DNA from: Spironucleus salmonicida
Lineage: Eukaryota
Direction of reading: 5' to 3'
Assembly (NCBI RefSeq): GCF_000497125.1
Contig: NC_090598.1
Coordinates: forward strand, 992,001 to 1,056,000
DNA: 64,000 bases
Shown here: positions 49,288-59,845 of the stretch, one piece after another
How the letters are laid out: every line of letters begins with the position of its first letter
Position numbering within the stretch: the stretch's first letter is position 1
The notes under the pieces: generated by a model
Told to the model about the DNA's origin: nothing
What the model saw: the letters and a program-made list of their open reading frames with translations, nothing else
Database searches by the model: none
Made by a program: the position numbers and the translations under genes

Positions 49288-52200
49288 ATGTTAACCAACA
49301 ATGAATTGTATTTGGCCACACGCCCAAAATCACGCCTATAAGCTACACACCGACCAGAATCACCGACACATGCATTTAAACTGACTCAGATTACACAATA
49401 AACGGCTCTAAATAACTCACTCAATATACAAACTACAACTCAACCAGAAGAAACCACGCATTCTGCGATATCGTTGTATGTATCTGCAGCGGCAGAGGCC
49501 CTAAATTCGATCGAAGCACTCGATCCGACGGCTGCGCTAACGATCAAGAAAGTGCTGGATTTTCTGACGTCGGACGAGCGCCTCTCAGTGAAGGAAATTG
49601 ACGCCGCGCGGCGGCAGGCAGAGAACTACAGAAAAGAGCTTTTGAAGACGCAGGAAAAGCTCGTTTACCTACAAAGCGATAACGCTAAGAACATCGAAAT
49701 CGTCCAAATTGGTGTCCAGAAACTGCAAATTCAGCAAGAGGCGATAAAGAAGCTGGAAAGAGACCAGATGATGACCGACCAGGAAATGACGCAGCTGAAC
49801 GTCACGAATGCGCGCATTATGGACTCGCTCCAAACCGCCCAAAACGAAGTTTTGGACCTGCGCCAGAAACGCGATAGCGCGGCGCGGCACAGCACGCTGA
49901 CGGTCAGCCAGGGGGTGCAGCTGCGCACGCGCTACGAGGACCTGCTTCGCCAGGTCGCTGAGCTGAAAAACAGCCTGATTTACGAGCAGCAGAAAAACAG
50001 CGGCGCTGACCGCAACGAGAGCGGCTTTAGGCAGCAAATTCAGCTCCTGGAGAGCACGATTTCGCTGCAGGAAGAGAAGCGGAAAGCGCTGTTTCTGGAG
50101 ACGTTAAATAGCAATTCGCAGAGCGAAAACTTCATTTCGCAGCTCCTTTTCATGCTGCAAAGCCTCGGATTCGACTGCAAACCGGACGCGTTCAAGGAGG
50201 ACGGGGTGATTCTGCTAAAACGCTTTATAGCGAAGATTCAGGGCTCTAGATAGGCTATAATACGCCAAATGAACGTTTCTGGGCAGTTCAGAGACGAAAA
50301 TTCAGTCGAAAGTTCCGTTTGCGGGGGCGAATAGGAAGGGGAATAATAGGAAGGGAGTGAGGAAAGGAACGAGGAAGGGAGTGAAAATGGAGCGAAGCGT
50401 AAAAAGCTCGGAAAGAGCAAATTGGTGAAAGGGAAAAGGGAGAGAGCTTTAAAGGAGAAACCGGTCAAAATTTCGTCCAAAAATCAGGCGGTGCAGACCA
50501 GAAAGCTGATCGGCAAAAAAGAAGCTACCTACAAAGAGCTCGAAATAGACATCAGCTCCGCGCCTTCTCTGGAGGTCTTGGCTGCAGAACTGAGCAATTT
50601 GGGCGATTCTGAGCGCGAAACGCTGAAAAACAACCAGATTTTCATTGAAAATGACAACTTGAAAGCAGAAATTCGCAAATATTTTGTACCATATAAAAAG
50701 TATTATAAACTGAAATAATAAAAAGAATCTAGCAACGATCAAGTTTCTGTAGAATAAATAAAATTATTAAAGCGATAATATACATTAAATAACCTAAATA
50801 TTGTATCCTAACTTGAAAATTGTGGTTTAACGAAAAATCAAATTAACGAAATCGCAGCCATTATGAAAATGTCAAAGCAGGACATTTAGGAGGCTGGATT
50901 TTCCAGCTACGCCGAGTTCCAAAGCGTCAAACTGGCGGAGCTTGCTACCGCCAAAACTGAGATTTTGCCCCTTTCCACAGAGCCGATTTACAGCGAAAAT
51001 CAGACGCACAGGCACACCCTAACGAACCCCGTAATTTGCATCCCACAAATCGCCCTAAAAACTGCTCACGAGGCCGATTCGGACTCGGATTCCGCCCAGA
51101 AACTGCCACAAAACGACAAGAAAATCGCCACAAATTACGTTTTTAAGGTCACTGAGGAGGTGCAGGTCGACTCCTTCAAGGACTTTATAAAGTGCATCTG
51201 CGTGCACTGCAAGCAGAACGTGAAGCACGAGAACATCGCTGAGGTGCTCAGTGCGGACGAAAACGGTAGCCGTACGGAGGCCAAAATGGTCGATTTTCGC
51301 GCTCCTGAAGCCGAGGCGCGCCAGCTCCTCGTCGACAAAAAGCAGAAAATCACGATCTTGCAAGCGTATTTGGGAAAAATTGGAGCGGAAAAACGCAAGC
51401 TTCAGGGGGTTATGTAGGGTTTCATGAAAGCAGCGTTCCTGACCAAGCGCGATTTGGAGGAATAGAGCTCGTTGGAGGTCAAAATTCAGGATTTACAGGC
51501 TTACGAGGACGCAATTCAGACGGAGCTTCGCAGCTTCGAAAAGAAGGTGGGAAGACATTTAGGTGTTTTTGGCAAGGATCAAAAATCGGCAGAATTTCTC
51601 GCGGTAGGTGTGAATTAATTCAATAACAGCGAAAGTAGTGTTATAAGTGATATTCACAACAAGGTTTTTAGTAAATAGACGATAATGAAAGTGCAGCGGC
51701 CTCTGCGGAATTTGTCCGAATAGCTAGTGCTGGAGGTGCAAGAAACCACACTTTAGGATAATAGCTCTTAATAATAAATTATGGGTGATTTATTATAGGT
51801 GAATAAATTATAGATAGATTAGTAAAATTCTTTAGAAAATATTGATGTTTAAAGTTAAATTATGTAGGCAAATAGTGTCATTACTACTTGCGATACAATT
51901 TAGTAACGATTTGATAACTTGAGAAAGCCCAGATAAATAAAATAAGAGGTAAATTTGGTAAATGAGGATTATGTTCCTTATATAAATGAGGATCATTAAC
52001 CGCTAGATCCTATTTAAATCTAAACAGATATCAGGAAGCTTCTTATGAGTAAAAGACCACTTAACTATCCAGCTTAAAGTGTTATAGCACATGGAAATTC
52101 GCTACAAGCTTTTCAGCAAGAACTCCATAATTCTGTTAATTTCTATCAGATAAAATAGGATGGTAGTTATATTAATCCGTTTAAAAAATTAGTAGAGGAT

Positions 52201-53673
52201 AAATTGATGCAAGGAAATATAATTGATAATAAGAAACGTATCTCAATGCTACAAAATAAAATATCACTGAAAAAACTAATCTAATTTCAACTGAAAAAGT
52301 AAGAAGCAAAAATTAAGTTATTGTAGAACCCAGAGTTAAGTATGAGATCGACAGCAGATAATTAACACTAGCAATCTGATTATATGTAATAGCTCAGTTA
52401 ATCAACAAGAAAATAAACATTTGAGTTAATAAGATCACTATCTCCTAAAAAGTCTAAAATAGTGTTTGAAATATAAACAAAATTTTTATTTAATGGTACC
52501 CCTAATGTTTTTAGTTCATTATGCACTAATTTATCAGATATTTCTTCCATACATATTCGGAGTTTTTAGAAAAATACCTAATAAGCTGAAGAATTTGTGA
52601 ACAATTTTTTTAAGAGCAATTAAATTCTTCCATATCATGTATTGATCGCCGACAAAAATAAATCAAATAAAATATTACCAAAAATTAAGTCAAAGATTTA
52701 TTACATTTTAGAACATGAATATTATAAGAAATTTATGAGCTTTGCTTAAAAGGATCGTAAATTTATTATATGCGAGGATACTTCTGAAATTAAAATTATA
52801 TCTTGGATTTTAAACCTTATAAATTAATTTTTAAACGAAATTTCTTATGAAATTACTCGAAATCTTAATGAATTGACTAGGCTGGACAGTCTGCCTATAG
52901 ACTTAATTTTAGAAAATTACTTAGAACGAAACTATGGTTTGTAAGATATTATATAGAAATATAAGTATAATTTTGTAATAAATTTGGTGTTCTACTATTA
53001 ATAAAATTCCGCTATTGAGTTAGCATTTTTAATATTTACAAAATAACTTAGTCCTTAAAACTGTGTTTTTATTGTATTTTGTATTAATTAACTTGATAAA
53101 GAAAACTATAAAAAATAAGAAGCTTTTGATTTTAGTAACTTTATATTTCCTCAACTTTTATCTATTTAAGTATAATAGCTAGAGGATAATATAAGTTCAA
53201 GTATTAAAGACAATTCTATTAATAAGTATAAGTTAATTCTTATTCTACTTACGTTCTTTTAATCATAAAAACATTAACTGTTTAATTTTATAATAGAAAC
53301 TGTTGATGATGAAATTCATATATAAGATGCAGAAATAATTCTTCATAAAGCATTACCTTATGTACCAAGAGGTTAAATATATGATCATCTTATCGAAAAA
53401 TAAAGTATAACAAAAATTTATATATTAAGTTTAATTTGCTAAGTTAAGCCCGTTACTGTTAATATTATACACTCTTGTGCAGATAAAATGGCATCATTAG
53501 AAAAATATTTAAGTACTTTTATTGATTAAGTTAATGGAGAAAAAGTTACAAAACTTGAAGCTTTAAGAAGCAGTTTTTACATGTATTTAGAATCTAAAAA
53601 TGAGATTGGGTGTTATATATTTTGTGAGTAATATTGGATAGAAGTTGTTCTATAGGGGTTTGGAATTAAATGA
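49288..53673 (+). CDS. Large coiled-coil hypothetical protein, 1461 aa (IR2 spacer)
   Basis: Continuous code-6 frame joining standard ORFs 49474, 50422 and 50965; ends GFGIK-TGA at 53671-53673. Segment YLERNYGLQDIIQKYKYNF is weakly reminiscent of TSNAXIP1-like proteins (unverified). Confidence 0.82.
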
Positions 53674-53740
53674 TACGTTTTGCTAATTTATAGTATAATT
53701 TTAGGCGTATATAGTTATACACGAGATAATAATTTAAAAA

Positions 53741-54336
53741 TTCGTCCACCGCTGACGCACTCCAGCTCGGCGTTCTTCCGCGGGGCGCTGGCGGACTTCG
53801 AGCAGGGCCGCGCGGTGCCGGTGGTGTTCCCGACGGATATCTACTCCACAGGGGCGGTATTCCGCGCGGCGGTGTCGTCACCGTTCCTGCAGCTCGGGAG
53901 CGCGTCCTTCGAGGGCCCGGCCCTGTACCGCCGCATCGTGGACTTCGTGCGCCGGCAGCGCTACCCGCAGTTCGCGCTGAACGTGGCCTGGGCGGCGCTG
54001 AGCTACTACGTGCGGGCCTTCCCGGGCCAGGTGCTGCAGGGGGGCGCGGACCGCAACCCGCTGCTCGCCACGTTCTACGTGCTCAGGCGCGAGCGGCTGC
54101 CGGCCTGCGCGCTCGTGGAGTGCAGCTTCCTCAACCCCCGCGGCCGCCTGCACGACTGCGCGGTGGGCGTCGCGGCGGTGCCCTACGAGGGCGAGCGCGC
54201 GCTGCTGCCGCCGGTGCTCCGCGTGGACCGGCTGCGGCGGGCGGACCGGCGCGTGCAGCTCGAGGACGCGGCGGTGCTGGAGTGCTTCTTCGGGCTGCTG
54301 CGCCTCGTGGTGGAGTACTGCCGCGTCCGCGTGTGA
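53741..54336 (+). pseudogene. 5'-truncated duplicate (last about 198 codons) of the 48234-49229 gene
   Basis: No in-frame ATG between the upstream TGA (53673) and the stop; encoded peptide identical to the intact copy. Confidence 0.78.
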
Positions 54337-54355
54337 CCGCTCCCCCGCTCCACTA

Positions 54356-55279
54356 ATGTCGCTGCCCTTCACGGAGAAGTACCGCCCGCGCACCTTCGAC
54401 GAGATCCACTCCCACGCGCGGATCAAGGCCCAGCTCACGCGCTTCGTCGCGCAGGGCCAGCTGCCCCACCTGCTCTTCTTCGGCCCGCCCGGCACCGGCA
54501 AGACCACCACCGTGCACGCGCTCGCCCGCATGCTCTTCGGGGACGCCTTCCGCGCCCGCATCCTCGAGCTCAACGCCTCCGACGAGAACGGCATCGACGC
54601 CGTGCGCGAGAAGATCATCGGCTTCGTGCGCGCCAAGAGCCTCTTCCAGGCCAGCGCCGAGGGGGGCCTCGCGGGGCTCAAGCTCATCGTGCTCGACGAG
54701 TGCGACCAGATGAGCGGCGTCGCCCAGGGCGCCCTGCGCCGCGTGATGGAGACCGCGTCCCACACCGCGCGCTTCGTGCTGCTGTGCAACTACCCGCAGA
54801 AGCTCATCCCGCCCCTGCTCTCCCGGACCGCCAAGTTCCGCTTCCGGCCCGTCGCCACCGAGTTCTCCAGCGGCTACCTCCAGGGCATCTGCGAGCGCGA
54901 GGCCTACGCCGTCCCCGCCGCCTTCTGCGCCGCCGTCTGCGACATCTGCGCGGGCGACCTGCGCGCGAGCGTGAACCTGCTCCAGCACGCCATCTCGCTC
55001 CGCGTCAGCACCCTCGCCGGCCTGGTCGCGCTCTCCGCGAAGCCCGCCTGGTCCGCCATCCTCCGGCTCGCCGAGCCCAGCTCCTTCCGCGAGAAGCACG
55101 CGCAGGTGCAGGACATCGTCGCGGCCGGCGTGTCCGTGGACGACCTGGTGGCCGAGCTCCTCCGCCTGGACCTGGCCCCGAAGCAGATCGTGGGGCTCGG
55201 CGAGATCGACGAGGGCTGCTGCCTGGGCGCCGAGACCGGCAGCCTCGTGGCGGGCATCGCGGGCGTGCTGATGGGCTGA
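54356..55279 (+). CDS. Replication factor C small subunit (IR2 right copy)
   Basis: Protein identical to 47291-48214. Confidence 0.93.
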   Translation: MSLPFTEKYRPRTFDEIHSHARIKAQLTRFVAQGQLPHLLFFGPPGTGKTTTVHALARMLFGDAFRARILELNASDENGIDAVREKIIGFVRAKSLFQASAEGGLAGLKLIVLDECDQMSGVAQGALRRVMETASHTARFVLLCNYPQKLIPPLLSRTAKFRFRPVATEFSSGYLQGICEREAYAVPAAFCAAVCDICAGDLRASVNLLQHAISLRVSTLAGLVALSAKPAWSAILRLAEPSSFREKHAQVQDIVAAGVSVDDLVAELLRLDLAPKQIVGLGEIDEGCCLGAETGSLVAGIAGVLMG

Positions 55280-55314
55280 GGGCGGTGCCCGAAGTGATTC
55301 CCTTCCGCTCCACA

Positions 55315-56106
55315 ATGCAACACGTCCAGACGGAGGTCATCGCGCACTTCACGGCCCTGCTCGCGGCCGGCCCCGTGCTCTCGCTCATGCAGCTGCGGCA
55401 GCCCCTCCCGCCGCCGGCAAGCCTGCACGCGCCCATCTTCGCCTCGCAGGTCCTGGCCTTCGCCGAGCGCGTGCTGCTCCGCGGCAAGGGGCCCGCCAAC
55501 ACCGCGCTGGCCGAGTCGCTGCGCCTGCTGCAGAACAACCTGCTCTTCTCCAACCGCGCCCTCGCCGCGAACCTCGCCGCCCTGGTGCAGCGCAACCAGC
55601 GCCTCGCGGTCTTCGGCGTCTCCGAGACCGTGCTCGCCAGCCTCGGGGCGCTCGCTCCCCGGCACGCCCGCGTCCTGCTCGTGGAGTCCGGCGTGCGCGA
55701 GACCGGCTTCGAGGCCTTCGCGGCCCGGCTCCGCGCGGACGGCCGCATCTCCGAGGGCACGGCCTGCCAGGGCAGCGACATCGTGCTGGTGGGCGCCGAG
55801 GCCGTGTTCCGCAACGGCGTGCTCACGCGGCCCGGGAGCCTGCAGCTCGCCGCGGGGTGCCGCTACCTCGGCCGGCAGTTCCTGGTCGCCGCCGAGACCA
55901 CCAAGTTCTCGGACCGCTTCTTCGGCGGCGAGGCGCAGATCTTCGCGGAGCTCGGGGCCGCCAACCGCGACGACTTCGGCGGGGCGGCGGGGCTGCACTA
56001 CGACTTCGTGGGCCTGGACCTGGTGACGCTGCTGGTGACCGAGCGCGGGAACCTGAGCGCCGAGGAGGCCCAGGGCGCCATCAGCAAGCTCTTCGTGGTG
56101 CAGTGA
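55315..56106 (+). CDS. eIF-2B alpha/beta/delta family protein (IR2 right copy)
   Basis: Identical to 46464-47255; ends CAG TGA. Confidence 0.85.
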   Translation: MQHVQTEVIAHFTALLAAGPVLSLMQLRQPLPPPASLHAPIFASQVLAFAERVLLRGKGPANTALAESLRLLQNNLLFSNRALAANLAALVQRNQRLAVFGVSETVLASLGALAPRHARVLLVESGVRETGFEAFAARLRADGRISEGTACQGSDIVLVGAEAVFRNGVLTRPGSLQLAAGCRYLGRQFLVAAETTKFSDRFFGGEAQIFAELGAANRDDFGGAAGLHYDFVGLDLVTLLVTERGNLSAEEAQGAISKLFVVQ

Positions 56107-56250
56107 GCCGTTGCCCTCAGTCCGCCGCGCCAAATCACAAATCCCCGCGGGCCCTAATACCGCATAATACCCACCTTCGCCGGAGCGGGTTTGTGAATCC
56201 GGCGCCGAGTTTGCCCCCGCGCACCAACTATGCTCCGCTCCACAAATCAA

Positions 56251-58893
56251 ATGAACACGTTCATCAAATCCTACCAGCTGCTCTCCGAGGACGCGGGCTG
56301 CGACCTGCACGTCCAGCTGTCCAACATCGCCGGGAACGACAACATCGCGTGCTTCGGCTACAAGTACCTGCTCGAGCAGAGCCTCAGCTCCTCCGTGTGC
56401 CGCATCGAGTTCGACGCCTTCTCCATCGAGCACCTCCTGCCCCTCGCCGCCGCCGCGAAGTACTACGACTACTTCCTCTTCGCCCGGATCCCCGAGACGC
56501 TCGAGCTCAACGTCTCGCACCTCTTCCAGATCTGGGGCGCCCTCAAGCTGGGTGCCTGCGTGAGGCAGAGCATGACCGACGCCGTCCGCATCGACCAGAC
56601 CAACATGGACCGCGCGCTCACGGAGATGACGTCGTACTTCATGGCCAAGACGGTCCAGCAGTTCGCCGACAAGCCGCTCAAGCTGATCGTGATGCCCCTC
56701 GACACCTCGGTGTTCTCCCGCTGCGACTTCTACTTCGCGATCCAGGCCTTCTTCCAGGGCGAGAAGGTCATCAGCGTGGTACCCGTGCAGCAGGCCATCC
56801 TGAACCAGTACGACTACCTCTCCTGGGTCCAGACCATGGACCTCGAGCTCACCTACGGCGCCTTCTGGAACGCCATGCGCACCGACAGCACTGTGGTCGA
56901 CGCCGACGTGAAGCGCTGGTTCGCGGAGCGCAAGGTCACCGCAGCCGGCGACTACGCCTTCTCGAACAACATCCTGCTCAAGAACGCCATCTTCGACGGT
57001 CTCGCGGCGCGCTTCCAGGCGGCCCCTGCGCGCCCCAAGGGCACCGTGGACGTCACCACCTCGGAGCGGTTCGACGCCTTCAAGCAGTTCATCGCGGCCT
57101 CGCACTCCATCGCCCTCGGCTCGTACATCTCGCCCATCGCGGCGCTGCTCTCGAAGAAGATCTACCTGGAGAAGACGGACGTGGTGCTGGCGATGACCTG
57201 CGGGTCCATGCTGACCACGAAGCAGTTCACGTGCTTCAGCAACTACCTCAACGAGTACATCAAGTGGACGCTCGAGGACTCCTACGAGATCATCACCTTC
57301 ACCGTCACCTGCGACACCGCCGTGATGAGCAACACCATCAAGCTGATGGAGATCCTGGAGGCCCTCAACGTATCCATCCAGCACTGGCGCTACACCGACA
57401 GCGGCCTCCAGATCGAGGTCCAGTCCCCCGGCTACCAGTCCCTCGTCAAGATCGCCAACAAGGTCGACCAGTCCTTCGGGAGGCGCTCCTTCTACTGCGA
57501 GGAGATGCCGGACTTCGCCCCCTGCGTGACCCAGGCGCCCGTGATGGACTACACCCAGTCGGCCCGCGCGGAGGCCACCTTCAACTACCAGTCCGAGATA
57601 GCCGGCTTCGGGGACATCACGCCGGCGACCATTGACAAGGCGGACCGCAACCTCATCACCTCCAAGGCCGCCGACGTCACCGGGGTCGTGCACGACCAGT
57701 ACTACTCGGAGATCATCCAGTCCAACCTCTTCATGGTCATGGAGAACATCCAGCAGACGGGTTCCTTCAAGATCCGCGGCGCCTCCAACATGCTCATCAA
57801 GGCCTACAACCAGGCGATCGCCAACAACCAGACGATCGAGGGCGTCATCGCCTGCTCGGCCGGCAACCACGCGCAGGGCGTTGCCAAGACCGCGAACCTG
57901 CTGAAGATCAAGTGCACGATCATCTGCCCCGAGTCCGCGCCCATCACCAAGCTCTACGCCACCATGCGCTACAACGCCGAGGTGATCAAGTACGGCAAGG
58001 TGTTCGACATCAGCAACAAGTACGCCCAGGAGCTGGCCAAGCAGCGCGGCTGGCTCTTCGTGCCCCCGTTCGACAGCTTCGACGTCATCGAGGGCCAGGG
58101 CACCATCGCGTCCCAGCTGTACCAGCAGATGGACAAGATCGGCGAGAAGGTCGACACCATCCTCGTCAACGTGGGCGGCGGCGGCATGATCAGCGGCATC
58201 TCGCTCTACGCCAAGCAGATGAACAAGAACGTGAAGATCGTCGGCGTGCAGGCCGAGCGCGTCTTCCCCCTCGAGAACTACCACAAGACCGGCGCGCACG
58301 CCAAGATCGACCCCACCGCGGCCACCATCGCTGACGGCTGCAATGTGAAATGCCCCGGCGGCGTGCACAACGAGATCCTCAGGACGCACGTCGACGACTA
58401 CATCGCGGTCAACGAGAACCAGGTGGCCTCCACGATCGTGAACCTGCTGCTCAGGACCAAGACGGTGTCCGAGGGCGCCGGCTGCATGGGCCTCGCCGCC
58501 CTGCTCTACGGCAAGTACAAGCCGCAGGTGGACGAGAACGTCGCGGTGGTCATCTGCGGCGGCAACATCGACATCGCGAGGCTCCACAGCATCTACAAGA
58601 TGGGGCTCATCGGGCTCGGCAAGATGCTCAAGGTCAAGCTCATCATCGCCAGCAAGACCGGCCAGCTGGGCCAGTTCACGCGCATCGTCGCCAAGTACGC
58701 GGGCACCATCACCTACGTGAGGCACGCCTCCAACGAGGGCCAGGTGACCTGGGACAGCAGCGTGGTCCAGTTCGAGATCACGGTGCCCACCTGCGCCGCC
58801 ACGCAGGCCTTGAGGCAGGAGCTCGCAGCGCAGTACAAGGGGAGCAAGATAAGCTTCCCGGGCAGCGGCCTGCTTCCGGACGCCGTGCAGTGA
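56251..58893 (+). CDS. Threonine dehydratase (IR2 right copy)
   Basis: One amino-acid difference (SMADAV vs SMTDAV) from 43677-46319. Confidence 0.95.
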   Translation: MNTFIKSYQLLSEDAGCDLHVQLSNIAGNDNIACFGYKYLLEQSLSSSVCRIEFDAFSIEHLLPLAAAAKYYDYFLFARIPETLELNVSHLFQIWGALKLGACVRQSMTDAVRIDQTNMDRALTEMTSYFMAKTVQQFADKPLKLIVMPLDTSVFSRCDFYFAIQAFFQGEKVISVVPVQQAILNQYDYLSWVQTMDLELTYGAFWNAMRTDSTVVDADVKRWFAERKVTAAGDYAFSNNILLKNAIFDGLAARFQAAPARPKGTVDVTTSERFDAFKQFIAASHSIALGSYISPIAALLSKKIYLEKTDVVLAMTCGSMLTTKQFTCFSNYLNEYIKWTLEDSYEIITFTVTCDTAVMSNTIKLMEILEALNVSIQHWRYTDSGLQIEVQSPGYQSLVKIANKVDQSFGRRSFYCEEMPDFAPCVTQAPVMDYTQSARAEATFNYQSEIAGFGDITPATIDKADRNLITSKAADVTGVVHDQYYSEIIQSNLFMVMENIQQTGSFKIRGASNMLIKAYNQAIANNQTIEGVIACSAGNHAQGVAKTANLLKIKCTIICPESAPITKLYATMRYNAEVIKYGKVFDISNKYAQELAKQRGWLFVPPFDSFDVIEGQGTIASQLYQQMDKIGEKVDTILVNVGGGGMISGISLYAKQMNKNVKIVGVQAERVFPLENYHKTGAHAKIDPTAATIADGCNVKCPGGVHNEILRTHVDDYIAVNENQVASTIVNLLLRTKTVSEGAGCMGLAALLYGKYKPQVDENVAVVICGGNIDIARLHSIYKMGLIGLGKMLKVKLIIASKTGQLGQFTRIVAKYAGTITYVRHASNEGQVTWDSSVVQFEITVPTCAATQALRQELAAQYKGSKISFPGSGLLPDAVQ

Positions 58894-58946
58894 TGCTTTC
58901 TCTCTTTCACTGGCCGCCGTGTCAATGCATATATATATCCCTCCGC

Positions 58947-59237
58947 TCACTGAAAGTCCTCCGTCAGCCGGTATCCCCGCGGCACGCGCCTCTGGCTGTA
59001 GCCCGACTTGAGCTGCCCGCGGTCCCTGCGCACCAGCAGCTGCGGGTCGTAGTCGCTGAAGCGGTAGTACTGCTCCGCGGCGGGGCGGTAGTTGCCCTGG
59101 ATCTGGGACTTCGACACGTACGCCGGCTCCGAGAGGTCGATGCGCTCCGTGGTGTAGATCTGCCAGTGGTTGAAGACCGGCTCCTGCGGGCGGTGGTTCT
59201 GCCGCTGCAGCTCGTAGCCCTTCCGGAGGCGCAGCAT
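58947..59237 (-). CDS. Hypothetical protein, 96 aa (IR2 right copy)
   Basis: Mirror of 43333-43623. Confidence 0.75.
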   Translation of the reverse strand: MLRLRKGYELQRQNHRPQEPVFNHWQIYTTERIDLSEPAYVSKSQIQGNYRPAAEQYYRFSDYDPQLLVRRDRGQLKSGYSQRRVPRGYRLTEDFQ

Positions 59238-59265
59238 TTTGGGAGGGGTGGAGATGGAAAGACGC

Positions 59266-59814
59266 TCACTGCACAATGCCACGGATGCGCGCCACCTTCG
59301 CGTTCGCCAGCCCCAGCAGCTCGCCCTGCTTCCCCGCCAGCGCGCTCGCGGCGTCGAGCTCGGCGAGGCTGAACCGGGCCACCTGGCGCCTGACCCCCTC
59401 CAGCTCGCGGCGGATGGCGCCCATCTCAGCCCGCAGGCCCGCGGTGAGGGCGGCTTCCTGCTGCAGAGCCTCCTGGGATGGCGCTTCCCGGACCGCGGTC
59501 GGTGCTGGGGCGGCCTGGTGCGTGGCCGCGAGCGGGGCAGCCGGCATGCCGTCCCCCAGGGGCGCGGGGAACTGGTGGTGCCTACCCGGGGCGACGGCAT
59601 GGTGCATAGCGGTCTGCCGCTGGGTGCTGACGATCTGGGCGATGTCGGACTCGTCGGGCCGCCGGAGCGTGCGCCTGGCGACCCCGATCTTGTGCTCCAG
59701 CGCCGTCTGCAGGTCCGCAATCGACAGCATGGAGCTCTCCGGCCCAGCTCCGGGTGAGGCGCGCGCCCCCTGTCTGGAGGCCCTGGACCTGGCGGTCTCG
59801 GGAACTCTGTGCAT
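59266..59814 (-). CDS. Hypothetical protein, 182 aa (IR2 right copy)
   Basis: Mirror of 42756-43304. Confidence 0.75.
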   Translation of the reverse strand: MHRVPETARSRASRQGARASPGAGPESSMLSIADLQTALEHKIGVARRTLRRPDESDIAQIVSTQRQTAMHHAVAPGRHHQFPAPLGDGMPAAPLAATHQAAPAPTAVREAPSQEALQQEAALTAGLRAEMGAIRRELEGVRRQVARFSLAELDAASALAGKQGELLGLANAKVARIRGIVQ

Positions 59815-59845
59815 TTAAGTTCCGCCCGAGTGAATTATTATACGC

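Noticed and set aside
49288-54336. Large spacer gene continuing into the right IR2 arm as a chimeric fusion
   Set aside because: An in-frame TGA at 53671-53673 ends it; ORF 53680-54336 has no ATG.
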